A stretch of DNA of 64,000 bases from Eledone cirrhosa. Lineage: Eukaryota. The notes beneath the pieces are model-generated. The model saw nothing but the letters and a program-made list of their open reading frames with translations, was not told where the DNA came from and made no database searches. The stretch spans positions 144,708,001 to 144,772,000 of the forward strand of contig OZ024743.1 of assembly GCA_964016885.1 (NCBI GenBank). Direction: 5' to 3'. Positions 1-12,459 of the stretch are shown in pieces. The position numbers were made by a program, and so were the translations under genes. Every line of letters begins with the position of its first letter. Position 1 is the first letter of the stretch.

Positions 1-123
1 TATCCTCAATAGGGAGGGGGCGTTAACAGGGGTTACCCCCCCCCCCCTCTGAAAAATGTGCAACCCTCCTCTTCAGGAGCACGAAGAGCGAGTGCTCCCT
101 TCCTCTCTTCTTTCTCCCCTTCC

Positions 124-790
124 TCAACCTACAGGCTTATATAGAGAGAAGGCCCATTCTCGCTCTTTCACCCACCTTTCATAAATTTTGCTGGGGTACA
201 GTACCTCTCTCTCCATCATCATTCTTCTTCCAAAATGATATTTGAAAAAAAGAACCAGTTGTTGGCCGGAGAGAAAGGTGTCTGACCTCAGCCCTTTCAA
301 TTTCGTCCACCATATAACCTCTTTCGCCATAGCCATAACACAGAGGAAGAACCGCCTCTCCTTCGTTTTTGATCGTGACAATGGACTCGGTGGTCAACCG
401 GATTGGTCCCACCCATGACAATAGTCGTTCTACATAGCCATGCGCGACGGTTTCCTCGATGCCCACGCATCTCGGACAGATCTTTTTCGAAGGGTCCCTG
501 CCCGGGCGCCCGTGTCTGTAGAGCTTGTCTCGAACAGGTAGATCTCCTCGGGAGCACTGCCAAGTTGGAAGTTGTCCATCGGTCCCTGGCCGAACGTCCT
601 ACCGAACAGACTGGCTAGTTCATCCTCCTCCATACCCAGAGTTTCTCCGAGAGCGTCGTCGCACTTGCTGCGAATCAACCCTGTATAGAATGTCGAGGTG
701 GAGTCTCCACTGATTGCCGGGTCCGCTTGTCAGAGGGCCGTGAGCGCCTGGGCACATTCAATGTGTCAGGCGCCCACTTTTCTCGGTCTG
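124..790 (-). pseudogene. Tx1-like (L1 clade) non-LTR retrotransposon ORF2 C-terminal fragment, frameshifted
   Basis: Stitching minus-strand frames gives MDNFQ..WQCSRGDLPVRDKLYRHG...ICPRCVGIEETVAH (zf-RVT-type CxxC..EET..H knuckle), then FFLCVMAMAKEVIWWTK...SGQQLVLFFKYH...EREVL..IYERW, typical of Tx1/L1 ORF2 ends; GC-rich island. Confidence 0.7.
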
Positions 791-1054
791 AGATAGTTGA
801 AAGATTAGAAATTTAATAGCTAAACTGCAATTTCATTTTAAGATAATTCGCTTCACTGCGATAAATATGGGAATGTTATATTAAACTTTTTTTGCTATCA
901 TATGTGTTTCATAATACTGAAAATTCGGTTATTGTAATGAATTTTACGAAATCAATTTTCTAGTACTTGTATAATTCAACTAAGCTATTCCTATTGTAGT
1001 CATGTATATACCTAATTAATTTAATCTTTTTTTAATCAACTATTGTATACACAC

Positions 1055-1058
<4 letters not shown>

Positions 1059-1117
<59 letters not shown>
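1059..1117. repeat. (TA)n microsatellite
   Basis: Direct; similar tracts at 1398-1468, 1874-1971, 2881-2927, 4621-4705, 5994-6068, 12762-12836 and 16326-16394. Confidence 0.98.
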
Positions 1118-1123
<6 letters not shown>

Positions 1124-1179
1124 AACTAAAATAAACTAAAATAAATAAGTCAAATATTTAAAATTTGGCTTCGTTTATT

Positions 1180-1234
1180 ACTGCTATATATATGTCGGTG
1201 ACAGCCATCTTTGGCTGTGACCTCTTCAGGCAGT
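1180..1234 (-). ncRNA. Minimal type I hammerhead-like motif with a GAAA->GACA core variant (probably inactive)
   Basis: Minus strand: ACUGC-CUGAAGA-GGUCACAGCCA aaga UGGCUGUCACC-GACA-UAUAUA-UA-GCAGU; stems I and II pair. Confidence 0.65.
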
Positions 1235-1394
1235 CCGAATTAGTGTGGTAGAGACGAGTACACATGTTGTTGAGGTATTTAACTTTGTCAATACTCTGAT
1301 ATGCCCAGTTCCTGGTTGGGTTGTTATTTCACTGAGGAACTGGAATCATATACTGCATACTGAGGTGTTGGTATACAACCAACATATACTCAAA

Positions 1395-1471
<77 letters not shown>

Positions 1472-1594
1472 GGAGGTGAGTTTTATTGTAGTACAATAAA
1501 GCAATGCAGATATCGGATAAGAAGCACTCTACAGTTTGTAGGACTGGAGTATACATAATATATAAGATCAAAAGATGGTTAAATGAGTTCCATG

Positions 1595-1665
1595 TATTTT
1601 ATTATGCGCATTTCAAAAACAAATATCATCATGCAATAACATTTGTGTTTTCATCAGATAAAATA
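1595..1665 (-). ncRNA. Minimal type I hammerhead ribozyme
   Basis: UAUUUUAU-CUGAUGA-stem II (AAACACAAAUGUUAU...AUGAUAUUUGUUUUU)-GAAA-UGCGCA-UA-AUAAAAUA. Confidence 0.8.
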
Positions 1666-1773
1666 GGAGGACATGATATGAAGGTTAAAAACACTTGTGG
1701 ATAGTGCAGTTTTAAATCTGATTTAAAACTGCACTATCCACAAGTGTTTTTTAACCTTCATATCATGTCCTCC

Positions 1774-1842
1774 TATTTTATCTGATGAAAACACAAATGT
1801 TATTGCATGATATTTCTTTTTTGAAATGCGCATAATAAAATA
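1774..1842 (+). ncRNA. Minimal type I hammerhead ribozyme
   Basis: tattttat 1774-81 / CTGATGA 1782-88 / stem II / GAAA 1823-26 / palindrome TGCGCA / TA / ataaaata 1835-42. Confidence 0.8.
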
Positions 1843-1876
1843 CATGGAACTCTTTTAACCATCTTTTGTTCTTATA

Positions 1877-1975
<99 letters not shown>

Positions 1976-2109
1976 GTATGTGTAAGTGTAAGTATAATGT
2001 TTTCAACTACTTCTGTACCATAGTTTCACGCTATAATTAGATAGGTGAAACGGAGCGACATTCATAGTAAAATAAAAATATAATGCCTTCTGTCCATACC
2101 ATGTCTGGG

Positions 2110-2193
<84 letters not shown>

Positions 2194-2878
2194 GGAAAAG
2201 AGCTTTAACGTTTCGGACGTTGCTCCTTCCTCAAAAGAGAGAATGAAAGATAAATGAGAGTAAGAAAAGGAAGAAAAGTAAAAAAAATGCTTTTAGAGAG
2301 AACGCACGTGTGTGTTCAGTAAGCTATATGTGTATATATATATTATACAGGTAAAATTCCATTATAATGAATGCCAGTATAACGAAGTTTTCAGTATAAC
2401 GAAATTTTTTCAATACCCGGCCACAAGGTTATCAAAACGACGATAAAAAATCTCGTTATGACGAAATTCATTACAACGAATATTGCAGTACAACGAACGA
2501 AAATTGAACCCCCAAGCAGCCAAAATTTCTCGCTACAACGAAAAAAGATTTTTTCAACACACTCCTTCTCACAACGATGTGTATGTGTGTTTTGTGTGAG
2601 TGTGTGTGTATTTATATTTATATACACATACATATAAATGTATACTTATGCATATACACATACACACACACAATTATAATGAATTTTCAAAATTAAGAAT
2701 TTTACAGAAAGTCACGACCAGGGTTAAAGGCAGTAGTCACAGCATAAGTTATAAAACACTGTAGGTTCTAAATCAATATTTACTAACTTCTGTGATCCCA
2801 GCTAGAGTAGCGTCCCTCTAGAGTTGGGTTTACCGGTTACGAAGCCTATTTGAAAATTATTCACGCTCCGTGGTCTAC

Positions 2879-2927
<49 letters not shown>

Positions 2928-2930
<3 letters not shown>

Positions 2931-4615
2931 ATAATAATAAATTTGAAGACTAAAATCCAAAGAGGGCTCGATAAGGATAAATATATATCAAATATATAAG
3001 AACCGTAGAGCAAATATTTATTAAAATAACAGATTAAAATGTAAGCAAAGAATCGCTGCTTTCATCCTTAACGGGATATTCTGAAACTAACAAAGTCAAT
3101 CTGTGAACGCAGAAGTGAATATTTCAAAAAACTGTGCAACCGGAGGAAGACATGAAGACGATACTTTTGTTCGTGGAAACGTTCCCTGGCAAAGAACGGA
3201 AAAAACAAATATAATACGTCATTATTTGGAGCGGTGAAAAACAATTACACACAAAGACAAAACCACGTTTATGGTATAAAAGAAGTCGTAGACTAATATT
3301 CTCTTAGGTGGTTCATAGAGACGTTCTCTGGCAATGAACGGAAAAAACGAAGATAATACGTCATATGTGGAGCGTGGAGAACAATTGCACGCAAACACAA
3401 AACCACGTAAATGGTATAACTGAAGTCGTAGACTAAAATTCTAACTAGGAAACCGAATGAAACTCGGCTTCAGAGTTAAGAATAAAGTAAATAAAATACA
3501 GAGGTAATTGAAATTAAATAAATACATACACGCATCCATATACGTACATACACAAGCATACGCGAAAACACTCGCCATAGGTATACAAATAAACGCACAT
3601 ATAAATCTGTGTGTGTGTGAGTGTGTGTGCATGTATACAAATAATTAAATAAACGTATATAAATAAATAAATACGTATATAACAAGCGCACACACATACC
3701 TACATGTAAATACACATATGTTCGGAGACATACGTCAACCAAAACACGAAGTACACATATACACACACCCTACATACGTACGAACCCGCATACTCACACA
3801 GACGCAAAACTCACGTATACACATAACCAAAAGCATATGTACCAGAATATATAAAATATACGCCATAACATATACAATCAAATATACGTACGAGAAAGTA
3901 TACGTACCTTCACAAAACATACAGGTAATATATACTTACCTATGCAAATAAGTAATGGTATAAACATAACATATTCTTAGCTACCACATCAAGATGTAAA
4001 ATATCCGCGTATAGATCGTATTATCCGTTAGGGTATAATGTGGGGCTGTAATACAGGAAAGTTTTGTGCAATTTATGTGTCCAAGCCCAAATTGCCTCAG
4101 ATTTTTTGCTTAAGATGTGGTCTGTGGCGTAGAGTATTTCCAGGACCTCAGCGGCGCAGAGGTCACATGGTCTTTTATTTCCGTTATACGATCTAGCCCT
4201 TGCTAGGATCTCCCAGTGTAACTTATATTGGGTGTGGTTGTCTTTTAGACTCCAGATATAAGCTGAAAGTGACGTCATATTCCTTCTTAGAGGGTAACGA
4301 AAAGAATGGGTATGCATGTAAAGACGCGGCTTGAACCACCTAACAAAATATTAGTCTACGACTTCTTTTATACCATAAACACGGTTTTGTCTTTGCGTGT
4401 AATTGTTTTTCACCGCTCCAAATAATGACGTATTATATTCGTTTTTTTCCCGTTCTTTGCCAGGGAACGTTTCCATGAACCAAAGTATCGTCTTCCTGTC
4501 TTCCTCCGGTTGCAACGTTTTTGAAATATTCACTTCTGCGTTCACAGATTGACTTTGTTAGTTTCAGAAGATCCCGTTAAGAGTGAAAGCAGCGATTCTT
4601 TGCTTAAATCTGTTA

Positions 4616-4620
<5 letters not shown>
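2928..4620 (-). mobile_element. 5'-truncated Neptune-type Penelope-like retroelement: 3' pseudo-LTR (~2928-4020), endonuclease end, inverted partial pLTR (~4347-4620)
   Basis: EN fragment on the minus strand followed by a non-coding repeat that recurs at 10716-11020 and 23345-24200; 4347-4620 is the reverse complement of ~3023-3300. Confidence 0.75.
4021..4340 (-). pseudogene. PLE (Neptune-like) GIY-YIG endonuclease C-terminal fragment
   Basis: FKPRLY.HTHSF...TSLSAYIWSLK...LHWEILARARSY...CDLCAAE..I...LSKKSE matches the Neptune PLE pattern H..SF...T.LS.YIW.LK...W.IL..A..Y..C.LC..EK. Confidence 0.8.
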
Positions 4621-4709
<89 letters not shown>

Positions 4710-5977
4710 AACGAGTAGACACCTCTATTTAACTAAGGATATTATTGAGTTTTACAATTCCTGCACTTATGAACAACATTTGAATTTATCTTTCTTTGAT
4801 TGATAACAAATGAATATATTTTTGCTTCTAATCAACGTGTTTCGTTTTCTTTATAGGTTTCCCTTCAAAAATTTAGAATTCGATTTAAATTACCAAGGAT
4901 CACCTTTGTGAATTTTATTCAATTACTTTACTTTATATATAAACAATATACTCAAACATTAACGATGTATTGGAAATAAATATCTTTTAACATGAAAGTT
5001 TTCAGACTTTAGTTTATGAAATGTTGTCTCTGGTGGAGAAAAACGAATAATGTATTACAAATTACCAGAACATTCTTCATTGTAGTTCTCATTATCATCG
5101 GAACCACGTAATGACGATCAGCCGAGTGTTAATATCTTCAATGAAGATATTAAATGTTTTGCAGTGAGAAAAATAAAGAAACAATATTGGCCTTTATTAT
5201 TTCACAAAGGTCGATAAAATAAAGAACCAGTCTAGCGTGGTGGATTAAAACAAATGTTAGAAATAGGGAAATTAGTGGTGTTAAGCTGTATCAGCAATTG
5301 TCGTTCTACTGGACAAGTTCAATAGCGCGGAGATGGTAGAGAAGCTGATATTCCATTAATAAAAATTCATGCCCTGGCACAATAGCACAATTTAACCATA
5401 TTAAATACAATAAGACAACATAAGTATAACTTGCAAAATCCATGAGATACGAGAAGCTTACCAAGAAATGTTTTCTTCTCAAACCCTATAAGTTGAAATT
5501 CAGTTCTGGCAGAAAGCAACATTCTATATATTTCTTCGATTAAAGAGATACAATACAAATCGACTAACTTAATTAATCACTTGATTAAATATATTAATGG
5601 GACATAAACATCTCTTAGAATCTGATCAGGAAAGCGAATTATTTACATGAGTCATTTGGTTTTATGTTATTACACAAGCAAGCGTTCAAGAAGAAATAAG
5701 AAAAACAATAAAAGAAAAGCAATCTAGGTGAGGCATGTGACGAAACAAGCACGGAAATTTAAGTGTTATGGCGGAGGTAAGTTATGCAGTGGAGTTAGCA
5801 ATATATGTATATATATGAAAGAATATGCTCCAAAATCATTAGACGTGTCCGTCGAACCTGCAGGTCCAGAATCAGACAGATCCACACAATGATCGCGTCT
5901 CGAGCTGTCCGCCGGGGAAACAATTGTAACACACAATAAATTGAGTTCAGATGCATCACTGATTTTTCGTTTTCTAT

Positions 5978-6076
<99 letters not shown>

Positions 6077-6613
6077 TATCCCGGTAAGTTGTGGGGTCTA
6101 GTCTGCATGAAGGACTCAATGTAATCCATATGTTGAAAATGTTGTAGGTTAAAATAAATCCCGGAAAACAATAAAACATTAAAAGGAAAACACCATCATG
6201 ATATAAGTTAAAACAATGAAATAAAAAATCAAGTCATTAGAGATATACTTCACTGCTTTACGATCGTTTCTAGGTGATGATAATACATCGTAACTATACT
6301 TCGTTATCGATCTATGTAAGGTTAGTTACATACTATCCGATAAGGAGAATATTTACTTACATGCAAATCACCAGCTGTTGTCAAAAGCAATAATAATTTT
6401 ATTCAAAATTAGTAGTAAATTAGTATTATGTTTAGTTCTATGACTTTATTTGGAGGTACCTGAAGAACTAACCAATCAGATTGTTTTTTTTCATATAATG
6501 TTAAGATGAAAAATAATTTACTTTAGTTGAGGTCATGACCCTTTGAAAGGAATGGTTGAATGGTGTTGTAAAAATACAACCGAAAAACCACAACAATTAT
6601 TACTACACGACCT

Positions 6614-6895
6614 ATGACCAATGTTATCAATTCACATATGAATACCAAGCATTCAAAATCTCATAATCTACCCAATAATAACACCAAATACAACCACGGT
6701 AGTTTACCAAATTCCACAAATACGGTTACTAACCATATGAATTCTTCTAGAACACAGCACATTAATATAAGTGGTAATAAGAACTTAACTAAAAACCGCA
6801 AAAGAAACATAACATGGTACAACGCACCCTTCAACCTGCAAACTATTGAACAAATCCCCCAAAAATTCTTCGAAATTCTACATAAACATTTTCCA
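6614..6895 (+). pseudogene. PLE (Neptune-like) RT-EN linker fragment
   Basis: Asn-rich stretch, then RKRNITWYNAPFN...KFFEILHKHFP (Neptune motif RKRNIIWYNPPF...LI.KHFP). Confidence 0.75.
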
Positions 6896-9654
6896 TATCC
6901 CATTCTGGGTGCTGATTTTTTGCATCATTTCAATCTTATGGTTGATATGCGGGCACGTCATTTATTGGACGCAACTACGAATCTTTCTGCGCTTGGACGT
7001 ACTTCAGTAATCCAGTCTATCAGTCCAGTCTTCTACATCGCTGCTTCGGATGGCCCGTATCATGCGCTTTAGCATTCCTTTCCGGAATTAACGAACCTGA
7101 ACTTTGTGGCAGATACCCCTACTCACTCTACCAAACATTTTATTGAGACTAAGGGTGCTCCAGTTTTTTCACGCCCGTGTCGCCTTGCTCCGGAAAAATT
7201 GAAAGCGGCTAAGGCAGAGTTTAACCATATGCTGCAGTTGGGTATCATTCGCCCTTCTTCCAGTCCGTGGGCCTCGCCTTAGCACATGGTGCCGATACCT
7301 TCGGGAGACTGGCGTCCCTCTGGAGATTTTCGGCGATTAAATTCGATCACTTCTTCGCTTCATGGATGTACTATCTTTTCAAAATTGGACCCGATCAGAG
7401 CATACCATCAAATTCCTGTGAATCCTGCGGACATTCCTAAAACTGCTGTTACCACACCTTTCAGTGCATTCGAGTTTTTAACAATGCCTTTTGGACTACG
7501 CAATGCTGCTAGTACATTCCAGCGATTTATGGACGAAGTCGTCCGCGACCTGGATTTTGTATATTGCTACATCGACGATATTCTCATCACGAGTGCTTCA
7601 CCGGAGGACCATATCTCGCACCTCCGCCAACTGTTTGAACGATTTAGGCAGTACCAAGTTCGCATTAACCCTGCGAAGTGTATTTTTGGCGCTCTTTCAT
7701 TCGTCTTTTTAGGCCACGTGATAAACTCTGAGGGAATATTCCCATTCCCTCCGCCTACTTCTTATCGTCGGTTTATCCAGCATTGCGCAGAACTCTTAGC
7801 TCCACTATCTGATCTCCTGTGTAACAGAAAGAAGAAGAACGAGCCAATCGCTTTGGGACCCATGCAGCTTGAAGCATTCTCCAAAGCTAAACAGAATCTA
7901 GCAAATGCATCTCTGCTTGCTCACCCTGTGTCTGGTCCCCAGTTTTCGCTGGTTGTTGATCCATCAAGCACAGCCGTAGGTGCAGTATTGCAACAGCACC
8001 ACCAACAACAGCTTCAACCTCTTGCTTTCTTTTCTAAGCAGCTGAATCCCGCTATAGCACATTCGGCCGCGAACTGTTAGCCATTTTCCTTGCTGTGAAA
8101 CACTTTCTGCATTCACTGGAAGGCCTACAATTTGCGATCTATACTGACCATCGTCCACTTACGTTCACACTCAGTTCCAATCCGGACAAATACTCACCTC
8201 GAGAAACTCGTCATTTGGACTTCATATCCCAGCTTACGAATGACATTCGTCATATACCGGGTGAACAAAACACATTGGCGGATGCCTTATCTCGCCTACC
8301 CATCAATGCTTTGTCAGCACCTGCGACTGTTGACTTGCATATTGTGGGTGCAGAACAGCCCACCCTAGAGTCGTTGGATCAGTCTTCACCTGAATTTGCA
8401 ACCTGCAAATTTAAATACCTGCCTGTACCCACTTCGGACTCTCAGATTCTGTGTGATACTGGGACAGATTCACCTCACCCTCTGGTACCAGAGACTCATC
8501 GTCGAATAGTTTTCGATTCTCTACACGGTTTGGCACACCCCGGAATTTCCGCCACAGTGAAACTCATTTCAGCTAGATTCTTCTGGCCGAATATGAGACG
8601 TGATATCACTGCTTGGTCACGTTCCTGTTTATCTTGTCAAAAGTCGAAGGTGCATAAACATATTCGCGCACCTATCGGCACATTTAGCACACCTGATGCA
8701 CGTTTTTGCCACATACACATTGATATCGTGGGACCTTGGCCTGCCAGTCGTGTATGTTCATACATCCTGACCTGTATTGACCGTTTCACCCGATGGCCTG
8801 AAGCCATTCCTCTTAGTGACATTACTGCTGAATCTGTAGCGCGAGCCCTGGTTTCAGGATGGATATCGCGCTATGGAGTTCCTACCACTATTATTACAGA
8901 TCGTGGTAGGCAGTTTGAATCCCAACTTTTCAGGGATCTATCGAATATCATTGGCGCTCAACGCATCCGGACTACCAGTTACCACCCTGCATCTAATGGA
9001 ATGGTAGAGCGTTTTCATCGCCAGTTAAAAGCCGCATTGCGTGCCTATCCAGATACTCTACATTGGAGCGACTACCTCCCCATAGTATTTATTACTCGGT
9101 ATCCGAACTTCAATGAAAGAGGACCTTAGATTCTCTCCAGCCGAGCTTTTGTACGGCACTACTCTATCTCTGCCAGGGCTTGCTTGCCCCAGTTGACCTT
9201 GCTACTCAGGACCCTACACTATATGTGACCTGTTTGCGTGGGTATTTTCAAGTCCTGCCTCCTATGAACACTAAGCAACAAGCCATTAAATCTTCGGTTC
9301 CGAGGGACATTGCCTCGTGGATCCGTTTTTGTCAGAAATGACGCAGTGAGAAGACCTCTCACTCCACCTTATTCTGGACCCTATCACGTACTTGCACGTA
9401 CAGATAAACATTTCTCCATTGACTTTAATGGACATAAAGACACAGTCTCTATTGACAAACTAAAGCGGGCCTACACAGATGCTCTCTCACCAGAACCTCA
9501 TACTCCCTCCTCCTACAATTTGTCAATACAAACACCACCGCAAACACCACAATCACAAACAAACACTCCTTTACCTTCAACATACATCACGACAACTCGC
9601 AGTGGTCGTCAGGTCCATTGGCCCAAGAAACTTTGTAAAACAATTTACATATGA
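6896..9654 (+). pseudogene. Ty3/Gypsy pol (end of protease, RT, RNase H, integrase), disrupted
   Basis: ILGADFL; SSPWASP; FSKLD..RAYHQIP; [12 protein letters not shown]; YIDD; IYTDHRPL; ADALSR; integrase [26 protein letters not shown]; GPY motif; several stops and frameshifts. Confidence 0.95.
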
Positions 9655-9659
9655 ACTAT

Positions 9660-9757
9660 TCTTTTTTTTCTTTTTTCTCTTTTTTCTCTTTTTTCTCTTT
9701 TTTCTCTTTTTTCTCTTTTTTCTCTTTTTTCTCTTTTTTCTCTTTTTTCTCTTTTTT
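9660..9757. repeat. (TTTTTTCTC)n 9-mer tandem repeat
   Basis: Direct; about 10 copies in the Gypsy 3' UTR. Confidence 0.95.
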
Positions 9758-9853
9758 CATCATTTTTGTATTTGCTTTGCATAACTTATGTTACCTTTGC
9801 AGACAATTTCTCCTCATTTTTATCGACTGCTTTCCAGTCTAAGCAGAGGGTGA

Positions 9854-10155
9854 TGTAGTGGAACTACGTCGCACCTCGCAATAGCAACATTTTCATATGC
9901 AATAAGGTCAAACTGACCAATGCGAAGTTGCGTATGAATACATGGTCAATCTCACTCTCGCTCTCTGGTGAAAAAACCTCAGACAGCACTCGAGAGACCA
10001 GACAGACCGAGCTGACCAGGAGATGATACGGACGCGTGAAGAATTATTGTAAAATGACTCCTACATTCCTTTCGACAAATAAAATTATATTTATAGAGGA
10101 TTGAGCGTTAAAGAACTATTTATTTATATCCTGGAAGTCAGAAGCATTTACTACC
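9854..10155 (+). mobile_element. 3' LTR of the Gypsy element
   Basis: Purine tract AAGCAGAGGG at 9841, TGTAGT start, AATAAA at ~10078, end ...ACTAC (inverted of the start). Confidence 0.65.
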
Positions 10156-10715
10156 AATGAGAAGCTACCAACTCTTCGATTAAGGTATTTCACTCATATC
10201 GCTTATAAACAACGAGATCCTTCGAAGACTGATAACATGCAATTATAAAAGGATATAGATAAAATTTAACCCCTCATCTTATCTATATATGTTACGTTGT
10301 TTACCACTTGTCCTTCCGGTTTGAAACGATGATGCAATGAATTAAACTACTGGACTTGATGCAAATCATCCATCATACATGTGGTATCCAGTGGCTGGTG
10401 CAGGAGAGTTAAATATTCATTTAAAAACAACAGAAGGCGGGACTGGAAACAGTTTTTAAAGTTCTAATTTTGCGAAAACACTATAAGTTATTTCAATGGC
10501 CCAGTTTGATCATCCGATCATGATGCAAGACTTAGGCGATTTCATCAGGTTTTGATTGCAAAATTAGTTATATAAGATAACAGTGTTGCGGCGAACACAA
10601 ACAGAGAATAAAGGATATATGTATATATGTGGTTTGGTGATGGCTCGCCAATTCGGTGTTATTACAATGGCAAACCATCCCCAATGTTTTGAATATATAT
10701 ATATATATATATATA

Positions 10716-11020
10716 GTAATAATAATAAATTTGAAGACTAAAATCCAAAGAGGGCTCGATAAGGATAAATATATATCAAATATATAAGAACCGTAGAGCA
10801 AATATTTATTAAAATAACAGATTAAAGTTTAAGCAAAGAATCGCTGCTTTCACCCTTAACGGGATCTTCTGAAACTAACAAAGTCAATCTGTTAACGCGG
10901 AAGTGAATATTTCAAAAAACGTTGCAACCAGAGGAAGACAGGAAGACGATACTTTGGTTCGTGGAAACGTTCCCTGGCAAAGAACGGGAAAAAACGAATA
11001 TAATACGTCATTATTTGGAG
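10716..11020 (-). mobile_element. Copy of the PLE pseudo-LTR seen at 2928-3230
   Basis: Near-identical sequence; truncated by a SINE at 11021. Confidence 0.85.
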
Positions 11021-11130
11021 ATTCCCGCCGAGGTTAACTTTGCCTTTCATCCTTCCGGGGTCGATAGAATAAAGTACCAGTAATGCATTGGGTAATTGCT
11101 GGCCTTGTGCCAAAAGTAGAAACAATTATT
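11021..11130 (+). mobile_element. MetaSINE-like SINE fragment
   Basis: GCCGAGGTTAACTTTGCCTTTCATCCTTCCGGGGTCGATA...AGTACCAG core; other copies at 22078-22270, 22435-22560, 40110-40265(-), 55903-55985(-) and 63957-64000(-). Confidence 0.75.
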
Positions 11131-11256
11131 TGAAGATTCTTTGCTTAAACTTTTTGTTTTTTTTTATATGGTTAATTATGCTAATTGGGAGAGGAAATGG
11201 TATATATTTTATCTGCTGATTCTATAGACATGTTTTATGATATATATATATATATA

Positions 11257-11391
11257 TAAATGTAAGTATGCATGTATACGTACATACATATATGTATACA
11301 GACGTACAGTAGCATGCACATATATATATATATATATATACATATATATATACATATGCATACAGGTACACATACATATATGCACGTATCA
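11257..11391 (-). repeat. Inverted partial copy of the 468-bp unit (reverse complement of 11637-11769)
   Basis: Direct comparison. Confidence 0.9.
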
Positions 11392-11478
11392 CTCAATATG
11401 CAAATTAGGCTGCTCAGCCGTTAATTTTCATAAGGAAAGTATATACTTTCGAACGTTCAACTATCTGGCAGATGGGTA

Positions 11479-11523
11479 AACGGTGCTGATGATAGCTAAC
11501 AAGCTTGAAACTAGTACATCGTT
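11479..11523 (+). ncRNA. Minimal type I hammerhead ribozyme, copy 1
   Basis: AACGGUG-CUGAUGA-U-AGCU aaca AGCU-U-GAAA-CUAG-UA-CAUCGUU; 7-bp stem I, palindromic ACUAGU stem III; predicted cut after 11516. Confidence 0.85.
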
Positions 11524-11946
11524 CCTGTGTCAGTGTTGAACAAAAAGGTGACGTGGTTGCCTTAACACCGTATGGCATAAATTCAGGCTGTTCAGTTTGT
11601 TTACAAACGAACAAAGCGACGTTAGCGCCGCTAAACTGATACGTGCATATATGTATGTGTACCTGTATGCATATGTATATATATATGTATATATATATAT
11701 ATATATGTGCATGCTACTGTACGTCTGTATACATATATGTATGTACGTATACATGCATACTTACATTTAAGTAAGTGCCATACTAAGAGTGAGAAATGAA
11801 ATTTCGTTTTCATTTTGTTTCAATTTATCGTTTTCGGTATGCCTGACCGATTTAACTCACTCAATATGCAAATTAGGCTGCTCAGCCGTTAATTTTCATA
11901 AGGAAAGTATATACTTTCGAACGTTCAACTATCTGGCAGATGGGTA

Positions 11947-11991
11947 AACGGTGCTGATGATAGCTAACAAGCTTGAAACTAGTACATCGTT
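11947..11991 (+). ncRNA. Minimal type I hammerhead ribozyme, copy 2
   Basis: Identical to 11479-11523. Confidence 0.85.
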
Positions 11992-12414
11992 CCTGTGTCA
12001 GTGTTGAACAAAAAGGTGACGTGGTTGCCTTAACACCGTATGGCATAAATTCAGGCTGTTCAGTTTGTTTACAAACGAACAAAGCGACGTTAGCGCCGCT
12101 AAACTGATACGTGCATATATGTATGTGTACCTGTATGCATATGTATATATATATGTATATATATATATATATATGTGCATGCTACTGTACGTCTGTATAC
12201 ATATATGTATGTACGTATACATGCATACTTACATTTAAGTAAGTGCCATACTAAGAGTGAGAAATGAAATTTCGTTTTCATTTTGTTTCAATTTATCGTT
12301 TTCGGTATGCCTGACCGATTTAACTCACTCAATATGCAAATTAGGCTGCTCAGCCGTTAATTTTCATAAGGAAAGTATATACTTTCGAACGTTCAACTAT
12401 CTGGCAGATGGGTA

Positions 12415-12459
12415 AACGGTGCTGATGATAGCTAACAAGCTTGAAACTAGTACATCGTT
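12415..12459 (+). ncRNA. Minimal type I hammerhead ribozyme, copy 3
   Basis: Identical to 11479-11523. Confidence 0.85.

Larger units (their letters stand above)
1559..1878. repeat. ~160-bp-arm fold-back palindrome (PLE pseudo-LTR-like), centre at 1719
   Basis: Arms are reverse complements with a few mismatches/indels; centre GTTTTAAATC-T-GATTTAAAAC. Confidence 0.95.

Noticed and set aside
124-790. Endogenous viral or Polinton genes
   Set aside because: Better explained as a frameshifted Tx1-like LINE C-terminus.
2200-2240. Minus-strand UUGAGGA...GAAACGUU hammerhead look-alike
   Set aside because: Variant core and only ~3 bp of stem I; too degenerate to call.
6253-6270. Minus-strand GAAA-CGAUCG-UA-AAGCAG (3' half of a hammerhead)
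   Set aside because: No matching CUGANGA or stem I 5' strand nearby; at best a truncated relic.
10840-10885. Minus-strand CAGAAGA-CCC/GGG-GAAA hammerhead look-alike in the PLE pLTR (also ~4565-4600)
   Set aside because: U4 is replaced, there is no UH after stem III and no stem I complementarity.
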